Source: Spirulina sp. (GTDB lineage: Bacteria; Cyanobacteriota; Cyanobacteriia; Phormidesmidales; Phormidesmidaceae). Taken from it: a DNA stretch of 64,000 nt. A program made the position numbers and the translations under genes. Each line of letters begins with the position of its first letter. The first letter of the stretch is position 1. The DNA is taken from the NCBI GenBank assembly GCA_044070495.1, contig JBIPSI010000024.1, positions 1 to 64,000 on the forward strand. The letters are read 5' to 3'. Below are positions 1 through 9,128 of this stretch, in pieces. A model generated the notes under the pieces. The model was not told the origin of the DNA. It was given only the letters and a program-made list of their open reading frames with translations, and did no database searches.

Positions 1-18
1 TAACCAACATTTCACTTT

Positions 19-136
19 TCCTGGTGTTTATGGCGGTGTGGAACCACTCTGACCCATCCCGAACTCAGACGTGAAACGCACCTGCGGCGAAGATAGTGAG
101 GGGGTTGCCCCTTGTCAAAATAGCTCAATGCCAGGG
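19..136 (+). rRNA. rrf: 5S ribosomal RNA (3' end of an rrn operon)
   Basis: TCCTGGTG...CCAGG helix I closure; conserved CCCATCCCGAACTC and GTGAAACG motifs; about 118 nt. Confidence 0.97.
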
Positions 137-144
137 TATTAATG

Positions 145-182
145 AATTCCCCCTATTTTCTAACGGAAGTAGGGGGAATTTT
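145..182 (+). terminator. Intrinsic terminator of the rRNA operon
   Basis: AATTCCCCCTATTTTC / GAAGTAGGGGGAATT inverted repeat followed by Ts, directly after the 5S gene. Confidence 0.8.
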
Positions 183-291
183 GCATGGGGATGGTTTGTA
201 GCACTTCTAGAATACAAAGAAAAAGATGGGCTATTCCAATTGGCGGCACAATGGGCAGGTAAGATCGGAGTAGCTATGGTTGAGGTCGGCA

Positions 292-1950
292 ATGGTTACA
301 ACAGGATTGGCGAGCGAATCTGATCAGCAAATTACCTCTTTTGCCAATTTTGCCCCAGAGGAGATTAAGGGGGAGCGCATTCTGTCCGCCATTGATGTGG
401 GCACCAACTCGATTCATATGGTGGTGGTCAAGATTCAGCCAGATCTGCCAGCCTTTAGCATTATTGACCGTGAAAAAGAGACGGTTCGGCTTGGCAATTT
501 TGACGAAACGACCAAAACCCTAACGCCAGAGGCTATGGATAGGGCGGTGTCTGCTCTGAAGCGCTGCTGTTCTATTGCTGCTAGTCTCCAGGCTGAAGAG
601 GTGATTGCGGTGGCAACGAGTGCGGTGCGCGAAGCCACCAATGGGGCGGAGTTTATTGATCGGGTATACCAAGAAGTGGGCCTGACGGTTAATGTTATCT
701 CAGGCACTGAAGAAGCCCGCCGGATTTATTTAGGTGTGCTGTCTGGCATGGAATTCCATGGACAGCCCCATGCGGTGGTTGACATTGGCGGCGGTTCTAC
801 GGAGCTCATTTTAGGAACAGGGGAACCCCACCGCTGTTTGAGTAGTACGAAGGTGGGGGCGGTGCGGCTAACGGCCCAATTTGTGAAGACGAATCCCATT
901 AGTGATTCAGAGTTTATTGCCCTGAGAGCCTATGTACGGGGGATGTTGGAACTGCCTGTGCAGGAACTCAAGGCAAAGCTAGGTGGTTCAGAAACGGTGC
1001 GCATGATTGGCACATCGGGGACGATTGAATGTCTAGCGGCGTTGGTGGCTTACAAGCGTCTTGGGTTGGTGCCCGATCCGCTGAATGGCTATCAGATGAC
1101 CTACGAGGATTTGTCTAAACTGGTTGAGGAACTGCGACGAGCTAGCTACAGCGAACGGTTGGCGATGCCGGAAATGTCCCCTCGGCGGGCAGAGATTATT
1201 GTGGCGGGGGCGGTGATTCTCCACGAAGCGATGGGGTTGCTGGGGGCGAAGTCTATCACCATTTGCGAGCGAGCTCTGCGGGAAGGGGTGGTGGTGGATT
1301 GGATGATCACCCATGGTTTGATTGAAGACCGAATGCAGTTTCAAAAGTCGGTGCGACAGCGCAACGTGCTGAAAACGGCCCATAAGTATAAGGTTCATCT
1401 GGATCGGGCTGAGCGGGTTGCTGGTTTTGCCATGGATTTGTTTGATCAGACCTATGGAGGGCTGCATACTTGGGGGGCGCTAGAAAAGGAACTGCTGTGG
1501 GCGGCAACGATCCTCCATAACTGTGGTCATTTCGTTAGCCACTCGGCCCACCATAAACATTCTTACTATTTAATTCGCCATGGGGAATTGTTGGGCTATA
1601 CGGAAACGGAATTGGAAGTGATTGCCAATATTGCCCGCTATCATCGCCGCAGCGGGCCTAAGAAAAAACATGAGAATTTTCGGAACTTGCCAACGCGTTA
1701 TCATCGCCAAATGGTGACTCAGTTAAGCGCCCTGTTACGGGTGGCAGTGGCGTTGGATCGGCGCGGAATTGGAGCTGTAAAAAGTATTCACTGCTATTTT
1801 GATAGTGATGCCCATATTTTGCATTTAGAAGTTGTACCTCTCCATAAGGGGGAAGATTGTGCGTCTGAGTTATGGAATTTGGACTATAAAAAGCAGTATT
1901 TTGAAGAGGTCTTTGAGGCCAAACTAGTGGCTCGACTGACAAGTTGTTAA
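292..1950 (+). CDS. ppx: Ppx/GppA family exopolyphosphatase with C-terminal HD-like domain
   Basis: AIDVGTNSIH, ATSAVREA, DIGGGSTE and ALREG motifs; ATG at 292 preferred over TTG at 280. Confidence 0.95.
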   Translation: MVTTGLASESDQQITSFANFAPEEIKGERILSAIDVGTNSIHMVVVKIQPDLPAFSIIDREKETVRLGNFDETTKTLTPEAMDRAVSALKRCCSIAASLQAEEVIAVATSAVREATNGAEFIDRVYQEVGLTVNVISGTEEARRIYLGVLSGMEFHGQPHAVVDIGGGSTELILGTGEPHRCLSSTKVGAVRLTAQFVKTNPISDSEFIALRAYVRGMLELPVQELKAKLGGSETVRMIGTSGTIECLAALVAYKRLGLVPDPLNGYQMTYEDLSKLVEELRRASYSERLAMPEMSPRRAEIIVAGAVILHEAMGLLGAKSITICERALREGVVVDWMITHGLIEDRMQFQKSVRQRNVLKTAHKYKVHLDRAERVAGFAMDLFDQTYGGLHTWGALEKELLWAATILHNCGHFVSHSAHHKHSYYLIRHGELLGYTETELEVIANIARYHRRSGPKKKHENFRNLPTRYHRQMVTQLSALLRVAVALDRRGIGAVKSIHCYFDSDAHILHLEVVPLHKGEDCASELWNLDYKKQYFEEVFEAKLVARLTSC

Positions 1951-1977
1951 ACGTCATTGAAACCATAGGGTAGAGTA

Positions 1978-2565
1978 ATGTCACAAATTCAGCAAATTGC
2001 TGGCAGCGGAATTCCCCTAGTGGGAAACGATATTGATACGGATCGAATTATTCCGGCGCGCTTTCTTAAATGTGTCACCTTTGATGGGCTAGGCGAACAG
2101 GTTTTTGCGGATGATCGTAGTGCGCTGGCTGGACAGCATCCCTTTGATCAGAGTCAGTATCAAAATGCCTCAATTTTGGTGGTGAATCGCAATTTTGGCT
2201 GCGGATCTTCCCGTGAACATGCCCCCCAGGCCATTGTTCGCTGGGGAATTCGTGGCATTGTGGGAGAAAGTTTCGCGGAAATTTTCTTAGGGAATTGCGT
2301 GGCCATTGGGATTCCCTGTGTGACGGCGACGGCGGAACATGTGACGCAGGTTCAGCAAGCTTTGGCGGCAGATCCTAGCTTGACGATAGCCCTTGATTTG
2401 GAGACGCTGCGGCTGAGTTATGGCGATCAGTCCGTTCCTGTTGAGATGGCTGAGGGGGCGCGTCAGGCGTTTTTGGCGGGCACTTGGGATGCCTGCGGCC
2501 AGTTGGTGTCTAATGCCGATCAGATCGCTGCTACGGCCCGTCGTTTGGCCTATATGGCGTGGTAG
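1978..2565 (+). CDS. leuD: 3-isopropylmalate dehydratase small subunit
   Basis: [31 protein letters not shown]. Confidence 0.97.
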   Translation: MSQIQQIAGSGIPLVGNDIDTDRIIPARFLKCVTFDGLGEQVFADDRSALAGQHPFDQSQYQNASILVVNRNFGCGSSREHAPQAIVRWGIRGIVGESFAEIFLGNCVAIGIPCVTATAEHVTQVQQALAADPSLTIALDLETLRLSYGDQSVPVEMAEGARQAFLAGTWDACGQLVSNADQIAATARRLAYMAW

Positions 2566-2673
2566 GTGAGGTCAGGCATTGATGAGGGGTGAGTTGGGGG
2601 TGAAGAGCCAGGTTTTTCATAGATTTGCTAAGGGGGTGTCGCATTTCATGCCCCGCTAGGCATTCTCTAGGAT

Positions 2674-4302
2674 GTGGCTCTTCATCTCGGGGAAGTGGTA
2701 ATTACGATGGTTGTTCCGGTGATACATTCCTTGACCCCCTGGGCCTTGACTGACTCCTTGTCCATGGGGGCTACCTCTGCTGTGCTGCGGCAATCTATCT
2801 GTAGACTATCGCCGCCTGGGGATGTGCTGGTGCCGACGGCGGAGCATCCAGAGTTGGTGGTGGCCCTCGAACAACTTGTCAGCATTGTGATGACCCTGCG
2901 GTCACCTACGGCGGGGTGGCCTGCGGATGTGAGTCTAACGCCTCAGGTACTGGCTCCCTACATTAGTGAAGAAGTGTGGAATGTGTTGGATCGTCTGTTG
3001 CCAGATGATTCGTCCTTGCTTGCGGATGCGGTGCCGGGGGCAGGGATTATACCGATTCCCTCCTTGATTCCTCGCCTGCTGTGGATGTTAGCCAGCAGTG
3101 GGTATGAGGTGATGCACTTGGTGGAGGGCGGACGGGCGAGTCTGCGGCAACGGGAGGAGTCGGGAACGGTGAGCGTGGTTCGGCTGGCACCCGTGCTAAC
3201 GTTAACTACCGATCAGCAGACCTACGCCCTTGATTTGGTGACTCAGGCGGATCCTTCTCCTCCCCTCTGGCTAGCGCCTGACACGATGCTGTCGCTGCTG
3301 GACTATGACCTTGACGGGGCTTGGATGTCGGTTGAGTCCTTCCTATTAGGCGTGGCCGAATTGGTGGCTCAGACCCAACCCTATCTTTATGAGATGCTGA
3401 CGGCAGGGAAGGTTGTCGAGTCCCTTTGTCCGTTCCAGCCCTGGCGAACAGCTACGCTACGGCTTCACTTTTATATGGCTGACATGGGTGTCCAGGGTGG
3501 ATCCGCGAGGTTGACCACGGGATCCCCATCACCGCCGCCCATGCGATCTTCCTCAGCGGCCTTTACCCTGGACGACTTTGCCCAAACGCTGATCGATGAA
3601 CCCGTCCCTTCTAGAACAGGGGTCTTGGGAGCTTGGCTAACGTTTACGGACAAGGCGTGGGTGCGGCGATTCCTCCATGGCCATGCCCAGCGGGTGGTGG
3701 TGCAGGGGCTACCTAAACTTCTCCAGGAGGGCAAAGCGGTTTCAGAGGAGGAGCGCGAGTTGGCCTGCGCCACCCTAGCCTATCGGGCGACCCAGGGCAT
3801 TGATGGGCCGAAAGCCTTGTTTAAGCACACCTTTGTTCAGGCTCCAGTGATGGTGGCCGATCTGTGGCCCCGGTTCCGGTGGTATTTGGCCCAAAGCTCG
3901 GAGCGGGTGATGCAGTTGATGGGAGGGCTACCCGCGCAGGTACTCTCCCCTGGGCGGGGCTGGCAACAGGGCATTCTTTCCCTGCGGCCTCTGATGATTT
4001 TGGGAATGGGCAGCAAAACTTGGGTCATTGACCTAGGCAGTGGTCACCTGCTGCCCGCAGAACCTCTGACCTTGCCGGGGGATGCAGTGATTGAGACGAC
4101 CCAGGCGGGGGACTGGGCCAATCACCAAACCATTGGGGATCTACTGAATTTAGTTGAGCGGGATTTGCGTCAAAATTCCTCTGCCATGGCTGAACTGGCT
4201 CACGGTCTCCCCATCCACCTGCGCGGTCTAGAGGGAGAAGAGGATGACCGTCCTGCCCAGTTGACCTTGCAATGGTGTTTTACTTGGGCTTACGGGGGAT
4301 AG
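2674..4302 (+). CDS. Hypothetical protein with degenerate MazG-like N-terminal segment and internally duplicated KGK-like modules (start codon uncertain)
   Basis: 542-aa ORF; LRSPTAGWPAD...TPQVLAPYISEEVWNV resembles the MazG N-terminus; internal repeat LIPRLLWMLASSGYEVMHL / LWPRFRWYLAQSSERVMQL. Confidence 0.75.
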   Translation: MALHLGEVVITMVVPVIHSLTPWALTDSLSMGATSAVLRQSICRLSPPGDVLVPTAEHPELVVALEQLVSIVMTLRSPTAGWPADVSLTPQVLAPYISEEVWNVLDRLLPDDSSLLADAVPGAGIIPIPSLIPRLLWMLASSGYEVMHLVEGGRASLRQREESGTVSVVRLAPVLTLTTDQQTYALDLVTQADPSPPLWLAPDTMLSLLDYDLDGAWMSVESFLLGVAELVAQTQPYLYEMLTAGKVVESLCPFQPWRTATLRLHFYMADMGVQGGSARLTTGSPSPPPMRSSSAAFTLDDFAQTLIDEPVPSRTGVLGAWLTFTDKAWVRRFLHGHAQRVVVQGLPKLLQEGKAVSEEERELACATLAYRATQGIDGPKALFKHTFVQAPVMVADLWPRFRWYLAQSSERVMQLMGGLPAQVLSPGRGWQQGILSLRPLMILGMGSKTWVIDLGSGHLLPAEPLTLPGDAVIETTQAGDWANHQTIGDLLNLVERDLRQNSSAMAELAHGLPIHLRGLEGEEDDRPAQLTLQWCFTWAYGG

Positions 4303-4310
4303 GGTTGGGG

Positions 4311-5018
4311 TTAATGGTCTTCGGTTACCCGACCGTAGCGAGCGATTTTGGGTTGGTGGGTTGGCTGTAGCCAAGCCCAGAGTTGATCGCCTAGGGAAAA
4401 ATGCCACCACTCTTGGGGATGGCGACAAAAGCCAGCGGAAGCCATGGCCTGGTGGAGTAGGGTGCGGTGGCGGTGAAAGCGCTGGGAATCAGGATCGGCT
4501 TGGTGGGCAAAGTGGTCGGGCCAGGATCGCTCAGAAATTTCATCGATGGGCGATCCCATGGGGACGGGGTTTCCCTCGCCATCGACCAAACTGATATCAA
4601 CGGCGGCCCCGGTGCTGTGGGGCGGCGGGGTGCGAGGGTCGTCGCTGGGCATGGCCCAAAACTGAGTGACCTCGGCCATCAGATCGGCCTGCTGACGAGG
4701 GGTGAGTTGGGTTTGGGCTGGGTAGCGCTGCTGGTACAGTTGATTAAGGGTGTACTGAACCATGAAGGCTTGGACGGCAATGGGGCGGTAGGCATCGAAG
4801 ATTTGAATGCGCCATTGGGGTTGCTGCTGTTGTAGCCCGTTTTGGGCCTCCTGGAGGGCGGTTAATACGCTGGCCCGTAGCCGGTAAGGAGACTGTTTGC
4901 CGTAGGGTGCCCCCAGTTCTTGGTAGGGGTGGGGGTCAACAATGGCGAAGATTTGGGCTGAAATCGGTAGGAGAGGTTCGTTGCAGTCTTCAATGGGAAT
5001 CGTGTGGTAGGGCTTCAT
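4311..5018 (-). CDS. D-alanyl-D-alanine dipeptidase (M15/VanX family)
   Basis: IFDAYRP, PPHSTGAAVD and EWWHFS zinc-peptidase motifs. Confidence 0.93.
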   Translation of the reverse strand: MKPYHTIPIEDCNEPLLPISAQIFAIVDPHPYQELGAPYGKQSPYRLRASVLTALQEAQNGLQQQQPQWRIQIFDAYRPIAVQAFMVQYTLNQLYQQRYPAQTQLTPRQQADLMAEVTQFWAMPSDDPRTPPPHSTGAAVDISLVDGEGNPVPMGSPIDEISERSWPDHFAHQADPDSQRFHRHRTLLHQAMASAGFCRHPQEWWHFSLGDQLWAWLQPTHQPKIARYGRVTEDH

Positions 5019-5187
5019 AGGACTTGGGGCAGGCCAAGGGGGATGTCAAGGAATTGAGTCTGGCTTGATAGGTGAGTAGCATAGCCGATAGATGAAACGC
5101 ACCGTTAGTCGGCAATGTAGGTCAGCCAATGAGGCTTTTAAGAATAACCGGCTAGCATAGCGGATAGGTGAATGGCAGAGTACGACA

Positions 5188-6621
5188 GTGAAGCTGTTTT
5201 CTAGACCGGGAAAGCCAAGGCCCCTAGGCTTTTGGGCGAGGCGTGTATCCTCGCTGGGGATGGGGGTTTGTGTCGCTAGCTTAGGGTTCCCTCTGGCCCT
5301 GGGGCAGTCTGCCATGGCGATGATTCCGTCCGAGTTGATGGAACCTCTGGCCCAGGCTGACGTTCCCGCTCCAGAGATGCCCAGCCCTGGAGTAACGCCC
5401 AACCCTGTGCTATTGGGGCCAGGATCCAACCCTGAGGAGGTGAGGATTCTCCAGCGCCAGTTGACGGAACTGGGGTTTTATACAGGCCCCTTGGATGGAG
5501 ACTACAGCTCAGTGCTTCAGGAGGCGGTCAAAACCTTTCAAGGCAGTGTGGATCTGCCCGCTACCGGCTTACTGGATCGTCAAACTTGGGAACGGATGAG
5601 TACGCCTCAGCTTCTATCCGACGCCTCCCCTGCTCAGGGGCCAACGGAGGTGCCGAACCTGCTGCCCAGCCGTCCTGAGGAACCACTGCCATCGGCGGAC
5701 GGTGCACCCACGGATACCCCATCGGTTGTTTCCTCTCCTGCTCCTGCTTCAACAGCCCCTGAAGGAACGACCCGCCCTCCAGGCAGCCTCCCCCCTGCCT
5801 CCCTGCCCGATGGTGCCGATGCCGATGCTGTAGCCCGTGCGCCCTGGAGATGGAGGTGGCTCCTATTGTTGCCGGCGAGTGGAGGCGCTGTGTGGGGACT
5901 CCGGTGGGGATGGCGACGCCTGCGCCGTTCTCCGCTACCCGCAGGTACTGCCTTCCAGCCCCTAGCTGGGGCAAGGGAATCTGAGGAGATGAAGGGCCAC
6001 ATGGATCCCGACCCACCGCCTGCCTTGCCGTTGGTTTCGTCCTCCTTGGCCTCCCTTGAGGCTGAGATGTCCCAAGCAACTCCCCCAGAAGCAGAGAAGA
6101 GTAGGAGACAAGAGGCCAGGATTGCGCAGCGGTCTGAGGTAGCCCGTTTACCCACGGTTAACATTGTGGAGACCCTGGTCAATGAATTAAGGAGCACTGA
6201 GGCGTCGGTGCGTCAGCGGGCTATTTGGGAACTGGGGCAGCGGGGAAACTCTACCGCTATTCAGCCCTTGATCAACAGCCTCATGGAAGCAGACTCCCAG
6301 GAAAAAAGCTTGATTTTTGCAGCGTTGACAGAGATTGGTCGTCGCAGTCTTCAGCCCATGCAGGGAGCCTTGGCACTAGGCCTGCAAGACCCCAGCCCAG
6401 AGGTACGCAAGAATGCCCTCCGCGACCTCAGCCGCCTCTACGATTCCTTAGGACAGATCAGCCCGCTACTGATCCATGCTGCCCAAGACCCTGATCCTGA
6501 GGTGCAAGCCATTGCCCATTGGGCGCTAGGACAATTGAACCGTCTTGCCCCTGCCCCCTACCTAGAGGCGTCGGTGGAGCCCCTGTCTTCCGGGGATCGC
6601 CTACCTCCAGCCCCCCCCTAG
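5188..6621 (+). CDS. Membrane protein: N-terminal peptidoglycan-binding domain, Pro-rich linker, hydrophobic segment, C-terminal HEAT/PBS-like repeats
   Basis: GSNPEEVRILQRQL..LGFY..GPLDG..AVKTFQ..LPATG (PG_binding_1); VRQRAIWELG, DPSPEVRKNAL, DPDPEVQAIAHWALG (HEAT). Confidence 0.85.
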   Translation: MKLFSRPGKPRPLGFWARRVSSLGMGVCVASLGFPLALGQSAMAMIPSELMEPLAQADVPAPEMPSPGVTPNPVLLGPGSNPEEVRILQRQLTELGFYTGPLDGDYSSVLQEAVKTFQGSVDLPATGLLDRQTWERMSTPQLLSDASPAQGPTEVPNLLPSRPEEPLPSADGAPTDTPSVVSSPAPASTAPEGTTRPPGSLPPASLPDGADADAVARAPWRWRWLLLLPASGGAVWGLRWGWRRLRRSPLPAGTAFQPLAGARESEEMKGHMDPDPPPALPLVSSSLASLEAEMSQATPPEAEKSRRQEARIAQRSEVARLPTVNIVETLVNELRSTEASVRQRAIWELGQRGNSTAIQPLINSLMEADSQEKSLIFAALTEIGRRSLQPMQGALALGLQDPSPEVRKNALRDLSRLYDSLGQISPLLIHAAQDPDPEVQAIAHWALGQLNRLAPAPYLEASVEPLSSGDRLPPAPP

Positions 6622-6846
6622 GTGGGCTGGAACGATGCGAATTCTAACCTGCCGATGGAGAGCGTTGACCAGTCACTCCTATCCCGACGAGCGTTCTACC
6701 GCTAGGGTGCCGACGCTAGCGGCGGGTGGGGGTGATTCATGACTAGCCCCACCCGCAGCCCATGGAGAGGGGCTACCTGGTTTCAATAATGGCAACCCCC
6801 ATGCCACAATTGGCGCAATCCCTTAGGGTAAAGGAGAGGGGGAACG

Positions 6847-7452
6847 GTGGAGGGGTCATTTCAGCCTGGGCCAAATGTTGGGAGCGCCGATCCAGGGCAC
6901 AATTTAGGGCAACCGCTGACGACTGGATCGCCCACGCCCCAGCAGTTGCAGAGCATTAAGGCCCAGCTTGACTTGGTGTTGCTGGCCTTAGAATCCCTGA
7001 CGGGTTTGGGATCCGAGGCGATGCTAGCGGCGGCGGCTCATCTGGGCCTGTCGGATCTTTTGAGTGACCGGGTCAATCTTTGGCGGCTGCGGCAGGCGAG
7101 TCCTTTGCGGAAGGGCCAGGGGCGCAAAAAGCTCGATATTGATGAAGCCCGTGCCCTAGTGCTGGTGATTACCCATCTAGCGTTGCACCATCAAGGGGCG
7201 ATTCGCCAGGCCGTAGCCCAGTTGGAGCAAGCCTTAGACCAAGGCCGACCACCCCATCGAGTAGCCATCCTTGGCAACTACTTAGATGCCTTTGCCAATG
7301 CCTATCAGGATCGCATGGAAGCCGACCAAACCTCTACCCCCGACGATCTGAATACCCTGGCCCTAAAGCTGCTGGTTGATCTGCTGTTCTACGGTGCCCA
7401 GGGGGGATCCCGCCGACTTTGGCTAGCCCTGCTGGATCGATCCAAACCCTAG
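6847..7452 (+). CDS. DUF3038 family protein
   Basis: LDLVLLALESL...RVNLWRLRQASPLR...LLVDLLFYGAQGGSRRLW, typical of the cyanobacterial family. Confidence 0.85.
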   Translation: MEGSFQPGPNVGSADPGHNLGQPLTTGSPTPQQLQSIKAQLDLVLLALESLTGLGSEAMLAAAAHLGLSDLLSDRVNLWRLRQASPLRKGQGRKKLDIDEARALVLVITHLALHHQGAIRQAVAQLEQALDQGRPPHRVAILGNYLDAFANAYQDRMEADQTSTPDDLNTLALKLLVDLLFYGAQGGSRRLWLALLDRSKP

Positions 7453-7571
7453 ACGGTTGCGGCCTGCGCTGCCTCGCCTGATTTTTCCTTCGTTAGCCCC
7501 CTGCCGTGCTTGCCTATTGATTCCCTAGCCCAAGTTTCCCCTAGCCCAACGCGAAAGCAATTCCTCAGCCC

Positions 7572-9005
7572 ATGACTTCCGTTGTTTCCCTGTCCTCCTA
7601 CGAATACGCCGCTGGCCCCTGGGCTCTGCGGTTGACGGGGCAGGTCTCGTCCCTGAGCGCTGTGGCGGAACGGGTTGTGTTGCGCCGATCCCGGTTTCAG
7701 CTTTGGCTGTGGGATGGGGCTATGTCGGACGAGACTTATCAGCGTGAGGCGGACACGACCGACAACTCTGGGGAAATCAGCCGCAGTAATCTGCCTCTGT
7801 TTGAGGTTTCTGGTCATGGCCCAGATTTGGCCGATCTAACCCATCTCGTTCAGGGTTATGTGCAGGACTATCTTGATGGTCAGGAGATCATGCCACGCCG
7901 GGGCCTGAACCAAGGCCAGATGTCCCTCACCCCCCTAGGGCTGACCCGCCATCGGTTGACGGTGGTAACGGCGAGTCGGTCAGCAGAGGTGACGATGTCT
8001 CTGCTTCAGTTGGCGGATTTGGCGGTGGTGCTGGCCCAGGCCGATCAGGCGGTGGATCTCTGGACGGAGGAAACTGGTCTAACCTTGACCCCGCAGCGGC
8101 GGACGTGGCGACGGCTACCGCTGTGGACCGGATCGGTGGCGGCGGTGCTGGTGGCGGCGGTATTGGGTAGCCAATGGCTGGGGCAGATACCCCTCTCGGT
8201 GGTGCAATCTCCGGCCCCCACGGCGGAGACGTTGCCCCCAAGCGAGGCCACCCAAGGAGGCGATGCCGCCCCTGGAGGGACGAATAGAGAGTTAGCGGGA
8301 GAAGTCTCCCCGTTAGAAACAGATTCCCTGGCAGGGGAGGACGGTTCAGCCGGACTGGCCTCAGACGCCCCGCCCCCCCCTGATTCTGCCCCCGCCTCCC
8401 CGCTAGCGGCGTCGCCCGCTGGGCCACCGCCCGATGTTGTCCTGTCGCCCCCTAGCCAAGCCTCCGGTACCCCCGCTGCTCCGGTAGCGCCCCGTTCACC
8501 CCGTGCAGATACTCCTAGCCGCCCTCGTCCCTCCCCTGAAGAAAGCGTGGCGGCACCGTTGTCCCCTGCCCCGGAGGCCGACCTTTCTGGGCCGAGTTCG
8601 ACCGCTGCTGAGCTACCTTCCCCCGCTGCGGCTCCGGCCCGTGTCCCTGGGCAGGGAGAAAGGGCCGCGCTTGAATCGAGTCCTGAAAATGTGGCTTCTG
8701 CCCTTGCGGATAGCGCGTCTGCGGATTGGCGAGAGGTACTGAGGGCCACCTTGCAGGAGATGTGGCAACCCATTCCTGGTTTGGCGTCGCCCCTGCGCTA
8801 TCGCCTTAGCCTAGGGCCATCGGGGGAGGTTTTGGCGGTCGAACCCCTGACATCGCTGGCTCGCCAGTACTTAACCCAGAGCGGGTTGCCCCAGGTTGGT
8901 GATCTGCTCCCTAACCTGCAACGGCCTACTTCCATCACCGTGGACGTTGAACTGTTGCCCTCTGGCGAGGTCACAATGACCCCTGATGACCTTGATCCGC
9001 CCTAG
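7572..9005 (+). CDS. DUF4335 family protein (cytoplasmic domain, TM segment, Pro/Ala-rich linker, C-terminal domain)
   Basis: Follows DUF3038 as is usual in cyanobacteria; LLQLADLA motif; TM LWTGSVAAVLVAAVLG; C-terminal WQP...LRYRLSL. Confidence 0.75.
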   Translation: MTSVVSLSSYEYAAGPWALRLTGQVSSLSAVAERVVLRRSRFQLWLWDGAMSDETYQREADTTDNSGEISRSNLPLFEVSGHGPDLADLTHLVQGYVQDYLDGQEIMPRRGLNQGQMSLTPLGLTRHRLTVVTASRSAEVTMSLLQLADLAVVLAQADQAVDLWTEETGLTLTPQRRTWRRLPLWTGSVAAVLVAAVLGSQWLGQIPLSVVQSPAPTAETLPPSEATQGGDAAPGGTNRELAGEVSPLETDSLAGEDGSAGLASDAPPPPDSAPASPLAASPAGPPPDVVLSPPSQASGTPAAPVAPRSPRADTPSRPRPSPEESVAAPLSPAPEADLSGPSSTAAELPSPAAAPARVPGQGERAALESSPENVASALADSASADWREVLRATLQEMWQPIPGLASPLRYRLSLGPSGEVLAVEPLTSLARQYLTQSGLPQVGDLLPNLQRPTSITVDVELLPSGEVTMTPDDLDPP

Positions 9006-9128
9006 GGGTGGATTGCCGTCGGTACAAGAATGACGGTTTATCGAATTGACGCTGTCCTAGGGATCGACGCTGTCCTAACCAACCTGACGATAGCGATAAC
9101 AGCCCTGAGCGGTTGGGCGCAGATGACC

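Noticed and set aside
96..323. 75-aa ORF
   Set aside because: It overlaps the 5S rRNA and its terminator; spurious.
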